Shown here piece after piece: positions 49,786 to 64,000 of a stretch of 64,000 nucleotides of DNA; the first letter of the stretch is position 1; every line of letters starts with the position of its first letter. The notes beneath the pieces are model-generated. The model saw only the letters and a list, made by a program, of their open reading frames with translations. It was not told the DNA's origin and searched no databases. The DNA comes from the human T2T-CHM13v2.0 reference genome, Homo sapiens. Made by a program: the position numbers and the translations under genes. The stretch lies in the NCBI RefSeq assembly GCF_009914755.1, contig NC_060927.1, one strand, 5' to 3'.

Positions 49786-52519
49786 TAATTAGATTCTATT
49801 TAAATGTATGCTAATAATAAAGGCCAAGAATTAATTCTATTCTTTGTGTATCTTTCGTTTTCTAGAAGCTTTCTTTTCTAATGGGAAACTTATTTTAAAA
49901 TTGCTAAATAGAGTAACTCTAGTTTCTTTTCTTTCAGTTTTAAGAAAGTTTTATATTTTCCTCTTGATTTTGCAACAAACAGATATTCAGTGTAACATAT
50001 GTAGAAAACAGAGATAAAAGTTTAGATAAATCGATACAAAATACTAGTAATACCACCCTGTAGACTACTCACTGTTAATAATTTAGGTATTTCATTTTAG
50101 TCTTTTCTCTTTTTTTTAAAGGGTTAATCAGTTCATACACACACATGTACACATGCACACCCACCTCACATTTTTACAAAAATGTGATCATACTGTATAA
50201 AGTTTTATTCCTTATTTTTCTCTATTTAACATTATGTTTTTCTATGCTATTAAATATTCTTCAGTATTTTATGATGGTTTCATAAATCATTTCACTATTC
50301 TGTAAGTGGTTACAATTTTTTTTCTATTCTGATGAACATCCTTGTATATATGCAAATCTTTGGGTGTTTGTCTAGTTATTTCTTTAGAATAAATTGCTGT
50401 GACAAAAAGAGTTAAATCTTTAAAATTTTCAGTTACCAAGATTCTCTTTTAAACAGTTGTAATAATTTACATTCCCATCAACAGTGTATGACAGTACCCA
50501 TTTCAACAAATCCTTGACAACTTTTTTTATTAAGACTTAAAAAAAAAACCTTTGCTAATCTGGTATCTTGTTTTAATTTGCATTTCTGATGAGGCTGAAT
50601 ATTTTTCTTAGTATTCTTGGCCATTTGTAGTTCTTTTTTGTGAATTTCTTAGGCCAATGTTTTTGTAGGTTTAGGTTTTTAAAAATTGTTTTTTAAGAAC
50701 TCTTTGATTATTAAGAATATTAACCCATTGTCTTCCATAGTTGTTACTGTTTTTGTGAAGAAGAAATAACTTTTAAGGTTTTTCTTGTCATATAATTGAC
50801 AGTATTTGAATGCATCTATTTCAATCATAGAAAGTATAAAACATTTGGCAACAGCAATGCAGATCGTATACACTGTGATAAGGGTTGTGAATTCATTTAG
50901 CTAAAATAATGTTAACTTTTTGAAAAAGATCAGGCTTTGATTCCTGCGAATATTGTGCAGAGTCAGTTTTAATAAAAGTATTTTCTGTCTAATTGTAATT
51001 TCATATTAGTTTATGGGATGCATACATTCTATTTTGGTTTCCTTTAAATCTGTTTAATAGATCGCAAGCTGTAACATATTGTTTATTTAAAAGCCACATA
51101 AATTAATAAAAACATGCATAAAGTTTCCTTAAATGTCTAATGATGAGCCTTGTGGACATTGAGGCCCAGGGGTAGGGTGCCCTCTGTCTGGGGGTAGCCA
51201 TCTCTCGGTGAAGTTTCCACTGCTGAGGGTCTGCTCTTCCACACTCGCTGGGCTCACTCAGTCCAGTTCAACTCACAAGAGACGAAGTCTCAAAGTCAGG
51301 GCATTTGTTTTTTAGTTCATAATGAGAGCCACAACTGCCAGTAAGTAGGATGTTTATGTCCGCTTGACCAGTACATTCCTTCCCTGTGGGAAGCTGAATT
51401 ATATTTAGAAGATTGCTTAGTGAACGTGGAATCCAAGAAGGTTGTGGACTCAAATATTTAATGGTAGTGTGATCTGATCATCCTGATTTCCTTTCCCCCA
51501 ATAAGGACATATTTGTCTAATGAGACACTGCTACTCATCCTTGAGGTCTCAACTTAGATTTAGTTTTTCAAAGAAGCCCTGGTCCCTCAGTCCAGGCCAG
51601 AGTGGTGGCATGCATAGCAAGAACGGGCCCCACATGAAATTCTACTCTGGGTCCCCATGGGTACAGCAACAAACAAACCAAGAAGCAGATCACTACACAA
51701 ACAAACAAAAAGCTTTCCTCTGTGGGAGGACGCATTGTTTCGGCGAGGCAGGGATGAGGTTCTTGGTAGAAAGGGAGTAGGGCAGGACGGAGACGGGATA
51801 GGGTGTGTTTTTCTTCCATCACAGAAACTAGTTTACCCGAGAAGATGCTTTAGTGTCTTGGGTGATTGTAGGAGAGTCTTCCAGAGATGCCCAAGGCAGC
51901 TGTGAAATTGCCTCTTCTATTGGCTGTACCAGCTCCATAGCATCTCAAGCTGGTCTTTCTTCTTTGGTCATCTTTACCCCCGACCTGGGCATAAGCTCCC
52001 TTGAGTTTCTCCCAGCCCCAGGGTTTGGAATCAGGGCACGGACTACTTCATGTTAGTTTTGGCCTGGCCTCGGCCCCTGCTGTGTGCCTCTGTGGTACTT
52101 CCTGCTGCTCTGTCATGGTACTTTCCACAAGACCCTGTTAACAGTTTATTTAATGGTGGTCACCCAGGACGGCAGGGCCTAAGGCCACATTTCTTGGGCA
52201 CTGTTATATCTCTAGCATCTAGTAGTGTGCCTCACACATAGTAGGTGCTCAGCAAATATTATGGAGCAAACAAATGGAGGAAGACACACCAACAAAATCT
52301 GCTTCTATTTGGGAGGCTGTGTTTTGAGGATTGCTTGGGCCCAGGAGTTTGAGACCAGCCTGGGCAGCATAGTGAGACCCTGTCTCAAAAATTTTAAAAA
52401 AGGCAGAGAATATTGGCTCCTCTGATTTACCTTTTTTCTACTTTACTGACATCTTTTTTACTCTTACCTGTTTTCCTTTCCTGACTACAGTCTAGGTTTT
52501 GTCTGTCCTGGTGGTTCTC

Positions 52520-53890
<1,371 letters not shown>

Positions 53891-55957
53891 TTCCATAGTT
53901 TTAACACAAGGACTTGCTGAGGTACATCCTTACCTCTCTCTCCCTTCTACTTTCCTGTAGGGGAATCTGGAGGGAGAATTTGGACTTCTGCCATTTTCTG
54001 GGGCCTAGGATAAGGGCATAAAGTCACATGACTAAACCATGAGACCCTTCACACCAAACCAGCATTTCTTCTAAGACTATTTGAAATATTAAACTTTAAA
54101 CTTATGAGGGCAGGGACTCTGCATATCTTATTTAACATTATATCCTCAGGGTATACATGTATTTGGTATTTAGTTAATATTTGCTGAATACGATGAATGA
54201 GTGAGTTAACCTTGGTGGTTGAACAAGGATGACCCGCGCCAGGCATGCTAGACTTAACAGCATAGTCCTAATAGCATACCGTCCAATAGCATCGTTTTAA
54301 TCTCTGGGAATTACTTAGAAAACATTTTTTCCATCAAAATATAATAAATTTAGAAAAAACAGAGGAGAAAAAAAGACATCTTCTCATTCAGAGATTACAA
54401 ATTATTATTACCATTTTGATCTGGGTTCTTACAGATTCTCAATCTTGCTTCTGGTTCATCTCTATCTCTGTCTCTGCTCTCTAAGCTTTTCCTTAATTAA
54501 TATTTGAGCTTACTGCACATACTGTTTCCTAGCATGCTTGTCACAAAAGGATATTCTTGTTCTAAAATTTTTTTTTAATCTTTTTTCTTCCGCAGATTGC
54601 TGCCTCATGCTCTTGTGGTTTAGTTTGTCATTTAACTTGAAATGAAAGGATGACTGGTTTGCTTCTAAAATGAATGCAGTTACTCATGAAACACTGCTTG
54701 GGCTATTCCTGGGAGGATACCTCTGTGAACTCCCTAACTGTGGTTCTTGGCTTCAAGTTTTAGGCCAAGCTGGGGAGCGTGATGGATAATACTTGTCAAA
54801 AGTTGCCTATTTACTACCATAGTTTCTGCACTAAGACCTGACTTTGCTAAGCTGAGGTTGGGAATAAAATGAGTTTCCCAGTGAAAAACATACAAGACAG
54901 CATTTTCAGCCACTGAGGCCACTGAAAAGTTTTTTTCTCTGACTACATATTTATAAATTCTTCCTGATTGCCAAGTTTGAAGATCACAGTTCATTTTCAG
55001 GTTTCTTGTATGTTACTCACTAAACACTTTTTGTCTTGGGGATGAGAAATAACTATAGCATTTGACCAAATCATGTCATATTTTTGGAGCAGTTAATGGC
55101 TGGAGGTATGAAATATGATTTTCTCAATGTGGCAAGAGCCTAATGGGTTACGAACTGTGGAGGGCTGTGTGGTTTTCACTTATTTCAAAATCCTAGGCCA
55201 ATGCCAGTGGTTCAATTCTGGCAGTTTTATTATTTTCTAATACAGCCCTGATCATTAGAGGCTTAAAGTCTTAAGTCTTCAAACTATCTCCCTAATTAAT
55301 AACAACTAAAGTGCCTAGGGAGTGCCATTTTCACCTTCCAGCTAGTATTTAAGTGGAATTTTTTGATCCCTTGTCATAGATTAAAAATACTGTTGATGTA
55401 TTTGTTTCAATTTATTAGTTCAAAGGTTTTTGCTTATTTTATTAATATTTAAACTTTTGGAAATGTTTCTTAATTGGGCTGAGATTTTGTCTTTTGTTTC
55501 GCTTTTGAGAATGCTGAATTATATTTAAAAAATATAAATGAGGGTTGCTATCCACAGTTATCATGGGCCTCTGGGGGAAGAGGAATAGAAAAGACAACTA
55601 CACAATGTTTAACTTATTAATAATAGAAAGACTGAATTTCTTTGGGGAGCAGCGAGTCTCCATATATCTGGGTATGGGACAGAAGGTCACATAGCTTCTA
55701 TGCATTACTTTTTTTCCTCCTGGTGATGTTCCAAGGAGTAGGGAGCTCCTTGGACAGTCTGTCTTATACTGTCCCTAAGAGTGATATCTTCATATTCATT
55801 TTCCTTGTTACAGATTTTGTTTTTCAAATATAAGAGCAAAGAAATTGTGGGTTTTGAGTCTTCATTCCTTTTAAGGGCTTAGGTTGGTTCTTCACCAAGT
55901 CTGTTGGTATCCTGTTCTGATACATACATTTTTTTCTTTTTTTTCCTTCTTTAGAAA

Positions 55958-56130
55958 CTTTTTTTTTTTTTCCTGTTTTTTGGAGACAGGGTCCTGCTCT
56001 GTCACCCAGGCTAGAGTACAGTGACATTATCATAGCTTACTGTAGCCTCAAACTCCTGGCCTCAAGTGATCCTCCTGCCTTGGTCTCCCGGAGTGCTGGG
56101 ATTACAGATGTGAGCCATGTACCTCGCTGG
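55958..56130 (-). mobile_element. Alu monomer (FRAM/FAM-like)
   Basis: Single antisense arm. Confidence 0.75.
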
Positions 56131-56339
56131 TGTCCTGATATACCTTCATAAATATTCTGTTGTAGAGGGAAGAAGATTGGGCTAGGAGTTAGACTACCTG
56201 GGTTCTGGGCCACCTGTGGCCTTTATGAGCTTCTTTTCCTTATCTGCAAGATGGGCTTGAAAATGTCTCTTCTGTCCTCTTCACCACACTGTGTGTGAGG
56301 ATGGATAGGGCAGCGGATTGGATAGCTTTGGAAAACCAA

Positions 56340-56768
<429 letters not shown>

Positions 56769-57612
56769 TCAGTCAAAAGCCTCATGTTGTCAGGTGGGAT
56801 ATTATTATCCGGAGGAAAGAGGCAGCCCACCTCAGCACAGAGCTTACCAACACTAGCGTCTCTCAAATGGCTGGGATGTGGATCCCAGAGGCCCTGGGGC
56901 AGTGGGGCAGGGCAGGGCTGGCTGGAGTCTTGAGTATCCCTGGAATACCAAACATATGGTCATTTTCTGTGTGTACTATGAGGTGGGCCATTAGGGAAGC
57001 GCCACACAGTCTTCACAGATCTCTCGCTGGTTCTGTGAGATGTGGACCTGAAGGTAGGAAAGAAGGGATGTCGGGGGCAAGTGGGAGGTAGAGGCGGTGA
57101 GTGGTAGGTTTGAGAATACAGAGGGTTTCATGGGCAGAAATTCATTTTCTCAGATGGAACAAGCTGCCCTGAGGGCCTGTGTGTTCTCTCTGTTCCCCCG
57201 GAGGTCCCCCCTGCCGTGGCGGATGGCCGTCATCCCCTCCTCCTGTGCCCATCCCTCTTCCTGAGCTCAGAGTTATGCCACTGTGGTTTTAGTTAGAAAA
57301 ATCAAGTGTTAGGCATTTATACTTGTATACTTATTAGATACTGTTCTTTTTTGTTGCTTTTCTTGTTTTAGAAAACTTAAAAAAAACTTTCCAAAATGTG
57401 AAAAGAATGACATATAGGTATATTTACAAAAAATGCCTACATATTATTTATCATTTATCATTCGTCTTTCCTCTTGTTGAATGTTAGAAAGTTTTCGTTT
57501 TGTTCAGTGATATAGCCCAAGCCTGGTGTACAGTAGGAGTTCAAAAAATATGTGTTGGATATTCAGTGACTTGATTACTGATTGCAGTGCTTATTTTCTC
57601 TTCATCCGCTAG

Positions 57613-57707
57613 ATGTTTATTCTTTTCAAGAAGAAGAACCTGTTTTGGATCCTCATTTGGCCAAGCACTTAGCGCATTTTGGAATTGATATGCTTCATAT
57701 GCATGGG
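57613..57707 (+). CDS. USP13: USP13 coding exon 7 (95 nt), (D)[31 protein letters not shown]
   Basis: ccgctag acceptor, GGG|gtgagg donor, phase 1/0; end of ZnF-UBP. Confidence 0.97.
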
Positions 57708-58421
57708 GTGAGGTCTCCTTTTGTTTCTGTTTCCATCTTGCATGGGGTAGGGGTGGGGAGACGGCAAGGGAACTGCTTGATTTATTTAATATATAATTCC
57801 TCTAACGTGGATCTTCATTTTATAGGTTTTAGCTTTTAATTGTTGCATTTACTTCCTGCATTTAATTAGTGGATGTTTTCTTTTGGTTGCCAGCTTAGAT
57901 TTTTTATGCTGTAATAAAAATGGCACCTCATCAAGTACTCTTTTGGTTTAGTTGGAGTTTACTTGCAAAATTAGTCTCCTTTGATGGGCAGTCGTGTGAA
58001 TCATTCTTTGTTCGCGAAACGCAGATGGTGTAGGGAGATGACCTTTAAAATTATCTGTGACCAACATCACTTTCATTAATTTCAGGGAGGGAAGCAAAGC
58101 TCCTAGGGGACAGAACGAATAAACCAACACATTACTGTTGATAGAGAAGCTCTGCTTCATTTAATACTGTGTTTTCAAATTGATGTCATGACTATATAAT
58201 ATTTTTCCTTTAAGGAACTATTTCAATGTGCATTTCGTTTTAGCCCTTTCCTTCCAGGTCGCCTCCCTCTCTTCATGTTCCTATTCTCTTTGTCTCCTCT
58301 TTGTCACTCATTTTTACTTTTTTGTTTAGTTTTTTCTGCTCTTCTTTACACCTCCCTCCTTTTTGTTTGCTGTGTTGCATTGAATATTCCCTTGAATTTA
58401 GTCTCCTTGCTTCTTTTTTGA

Positions 58422-58780
<359 letters not shown>

Positions 58781-59074
58781 CTCTCTTTAAAATCTTTTTC
58801 ATGTGTGTTTTAAAAATTGTGGTACAATATATATAATATAAAAGCTACCATTTTAACTGTTTTTAAGCGTGCAGTTCTCTGGCATTATGTACATTCACTT
58901 TGTTGTGCCACCATCACCGTCTCTCAGTCTTTTTTATTTGCATTGTTTATTTCTCTATGTAATTGGGGAAAAAAATGGCAGAAACATCCTATGCTGTTAG
59001 AAATAATTAACGGGACATGACCTTTGAATGGGAATCACATTTAAAGTTGTTTTTCTTCGATGACTTTGTCTCAG

Positions 59075-59262
59075 ACAGAGAATGGGCTCCAGGACAATGA
59101 CATCAAGCTGAGGGTCAGTGAGTGGGAAGTGATCCAGGAGTCGGGCACGAAACTGAAGCCAATGTATGGTCCTGGCTACACGGGTCTGAAGAACCTGGGC
59201 AACAGCTGCTATCTCAGCTCTGTCATGCAGGCCATCTTCAGCATCCCAGAATTCCAGAGAGC
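59075..59262 (+). CDS. USP13: USP13 coding exon 8 (188 nt), contains USP Cys box [19 protein letters not shown]; catalytic Cys codon at 59207-59209
   Basis: tctcag acceptor, AGC|gtaagt donor, phase 0/2; with a 56-codon exon 1 (recalled) the Cys counts as residue 345, the known catalytic position. Confidence 0.98.
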
Positions 59263-59462
59263 GTAAGTGCCTTCCATGCAGACCAGGGCACGCGGCACCT
59301 CCCTGCCCCATCTAGGTCCAGTCCACTCAGTGTGCGCTGCGAAGCCCATCTTTATTGCTTCAGGACATTTTGCCACCTTTTCTCTGGCCTGCCTTCTACA
59401 GAGACTGGGTGAGAACACTTATCAAGTATTATGGGGATCAGGTGAGATAAGAAGAGCTTTGT

Positions 59463-59756
59463 GGCCGGGCGCAGTGTCTAACGCCTGTAATCTCAGCACT
59501 TTGGGAGGCCGAGGCGGGCAGATCACGAGGTCAGGAGTTCAAGACCAGCCTGACCAACATGACGAAACCCGTCTCTACTAAAAATACAAAAATTAGCCAG
59601 GGGTGGTGGTGCACGCCTGTAATTCCAGCTACTCAGGAGGCTGAGGCAGGATCACTTGAACTCAGGAGGCAGAGGTTGCAGTGAGCCAAGATCATGCCAC
59701 TGCACTCCAGCCTGGGTAACAGAGCGAGAATCTGTCTCAAAAAAAAAAAAAAAAAG
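59463..59756 (+). mobile_element. AluS
   Basis: Sense dimer, TSD aagagctt. Confidence 0.93.
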
Positions 59757-60159
59757 AGCTTCGTAAACTCAAAAACACCATACAAGGGTTTGTTATTAGT
59801 AATGGTTTCTGCTTTTTGACCATCACCCTATGTACCAAGAATATATTAATCATTAATCTTCACAGCACATCTGCCAATTCCCTCCTATAGATGCGCTAGG
59901 AGAGATCTGGTGGTAGGTCTGGTTAGTGTCTCTCTTGTGGGGGACTGGAATTTCCTGAAGGATTTAGGGCTTTCATTTTTTGCTACTTACAGTGTGGTTC
60001 ATAGACTAGTGCAGCTCCTTATACTGCTGGATGTGGGCCTTCAATGAGATAAGTTTGGAAATCGAGAGTGAGCATTGGAAAATTGTAACAATTTGATGTT
60101 GCTGTTGTGTTTTACAAGTGGCATTTCATTTTTCTAATAATTTCTTGGAATTGTATTTT

Positions 60160-60445
60160 TTAACTTATTTTTAATTATTATGGGTACATAACAGGTGTAT
60201 ATATTTATGGGGTATATGTGATATTCTGATACAGGTACGCAATGTGTAATAATCACATTGGGGTAATTGGGGTATTCATCACCTCAAGCATTTGTCATTT
60301 CTTTGTATTAGGAATATTCCAATTTCACTCTTTTAGTTATTTTAAAATATACGACAAGTTATTGTTGACTGTAGTCACCCTGTTGTGCTATCAAATACTA
60401 GATCTTGTTCATTCTACTTATACTTTTTTACCCATTAACCATCCT
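60160..60445 (-). mobile_element. L1MA-like 3' end
   Basis: tgggtacataacaggtgtatatatttatggggta...ttgactgtagtcaccctgttgtgctatcaaatactagatctt. Confidence 0.85.
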
Positions 60446-61543
60446 AATTGTATTTTTAAAAAGTATCATCTGTCTGAGTTGAAATAAACAAAAAAACTGA
60501 CCCTTTACCGCAGATAATTTGAGAGGCACTGATTTAGGTGCTCCCTGACTGTGCTTGTACAAGACTGCCTTCCTCCTCCTACACCGAGGGGGACAGCAGC
60601 TATGTCTGTGGCTGTTTTCTTCCTTGGGTGTACTGAGGACAGGGAGCTATAGAGCCCAGGGGCTGTGGCTGGTACACTCTCAGGCAGCCACTGCCTACGT
60701 GTAGAGAATCATCCTAATGTGTTCCAGAGGTAGGTTTCCACCTTAGTTTAAGTGCGGAAGAGGACATATATGTGCTGAGGCAGGCAGGTGACATGCCAGG
60801 AATAGTCCAGGTCATGTTTTACCCATGTGGAGTTGAAATCCTAATGGCTTTAACGGCGGTTCATCAAAAGTATGTCACATACCCTTCTCTTTCCTCCCTT
60901 GGTGTTTGGAGACATACCTCTTCTTGCTGTTTTCTGGCTTTGAAAATTTATGGTGCATTTTCCATGTCTATTTTTCATTTTTTCATCCAGCCAATAGAGA
61001 GTGAGTTCTTTTCTGCTAAGCAGTGTGCTGAGTGTGTGGGGGTCAGTGGTGAACACAAGGACATGGTCCTCACCCCCAGGCATGAAGTAAGCAGGAGATA
61101 CAGGCATTAAGAAAATAATCATAGTAACAACTGCATGCTTATAAACATGGTACATTCCATGATGGAGAAAGGAGGGAGGTGGTCAGAGAGGAGCCTATGA
61201 AGAAGGGACACACATCCTGATGCATGTGCAGGAGGAGTGAAGACAGGCTTTATGTTTTTGAGAATTTAGTATTTGAATCTCTCCCTAGTCTTGTTTCAAG
61301 AGTCTTAGAATTTTATATTACTAATACTTTACATTCTCATTCTATTTTCTAAACATTTACTAGATATATGAGAACATGAGCAATGAACTATTCATACATG
61401 TCTTCAGTCTTTTCACCCTTTGACCAAATATCACTGGATTGAAATACTTGTTCTTCTCACTTCTTTTTCACCAGCAGGTCTAACTCAGTGGAGTTAGATT
61501 CAGGAGCAGTGTCTTCATTTTGAAAGTAGAAAAAGTGACTCAG

Positions 61544-62929
<1,386 letters not shown>

Positions 62930-63526
62930 TTAAAGCATAAGCCTATTCATTAGTGTTCATCTTTCCAGTGAGTTTTTTTTTGTCTTGTCAAGTTTTGAGA
63001 TGTGATTAAAACTGGATCATAAGAGAGCTCCTGAGTTCATCATGTTATATATTGTTAGGAATTCTTCAGTATAGTCCCTGCATCTAAATAGTTTAACTCT
63101 GAAGTTTGGTTTATGTCTTGTTTGTCCTTTGAATGGGACTGGCCCAAAGAAGCATGCTCTGTTAATTTTCCTCTAGGTACATAATCTGAGCTACAACTTC
63201 TGAGTCTGTGGACAGCAGGTGCCTAGAAGTTTCTAGTAGTTAGGGAATCCAATTAGAAGTCATTGCCAAGTAATAGTGTATCATGGTTCTCTGCTAGGGT
63301 TTCATTGCAAAAATGCCTTTTCTGTTTGGTTATTGGTACTCAGTTATGGAAGTTAATCGTGTGATTGTGTGACATAAATGTATTCATTGAACAAATATTT
63401 ATTGAGTGTCTTTTACATGTCAGATGCTGTTCTTGTGCTGGAGATGCAGTGATTTAGATAAAGTTGCTGCCTTCATGAGATGACATTCTAGTATGTAATC
63501 TCTGGAAAGACAGATACTAAACAAGA

Positions 63527-63703
63527 TGTATTAGTCTGTTCTCATGCTGCTAATAAAGACTGATTCACTCTCACGAGAACAGGATGGAAAGACCTCCTCC
63601 ATGATTCAGTTACCTCCCACAGGGTCCCTCCCACCACACATGGGAATTATGGGAGCTACAATTCAAGATGAGATTTGGGTGGGGACACAGCCAAACCATA
63701 TCA
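63527..63703 (-). mobile_element. Internally deleted THE1 LTR inside an L2 fragment
   Basis: Both termini (tgtattagtc...aaaccatatca) with TSD caaga/caagt but only 177 bp. Confidence 0.85.
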
Positions 63704-64000
63704 CAAGTAAATTATAAAACTGCAAATAGTGATGCATGCTAAGAAGAAAGTCAGTCAGAAGCAGATGGTAGGGAGTGAGGAAGGGTGGGGGCGGCCCCTC
63801 TTGTTTTATCTGAGGGTCTCGGGAGGCGACTTGTCAACAGGCTTGAGAAGGAGCTGCCAAGCAAGGATCTGTGAGGCAGCATCCCAGGAAAAAGACAGCA
63901 GAAGGCATGACCTTGAGACATGAGCAAGTCTGTCATGCCCTGGGGCAGCAAGAGGGACAAGTGGGGATGTTGTGGGCTGGGGGAACACAGTGGCAGATGA

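Noticed and set aside
54224-54237. caaggatgacccgc resembles part of U6 snRNA
   Set aside because: Short match, no flanking similarity, no TSD.
56896-56917. Second G4-like motif ggggcagtggggcagggcaggg
   Set aside because: Common motif class, about 700 nt from the nearest exon, no other support.

Overview
Primate, most likely human, genomic DNA lying wholly inside the + strand gene USP13 (ubiquitin-specific peptidase 13, isopeptidase T-3). Seven GT-AG coding exons (exons 2-8 by my recollection of the human gene, about residues 57-363) splice into one open frame: N-terminal region, ZnF-UBP domain and the catalytic Cys box [10 protein letters not shown]. The rest is intron packed with 40+ Alus, L1/L2/MIR fragments, MaLR/ERV LTRs, Tigger and hAT DNA transposons and simple repeats; nearly all ORF-track entries are repeat-derived noise. 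Best unexplained signals: (1) a 46-bp tailless antisense retrocopy of the 5' half of nc886/VTRNA2-1 with a perfect 16-bp target-site duplication at 3115-3192; (2) a 26/29-nt echo of exon 5 1.77 kb upstream in intron 4; (3) an acceptor/donor overlap cag|AAG|GTAAGA at exon 3; (4) competing donors, UG repeats and a G-quadruplex after exon 4; (5) an LTR6-like solo LTR with FOX/GATA motifs just before exon 2; (6) inverted Alus bracketing the catalytic exon. Reference comparisons and repeat subfamily names are from memory, not from searches; repeat boundaries are approximate unless a TSD is quoted.
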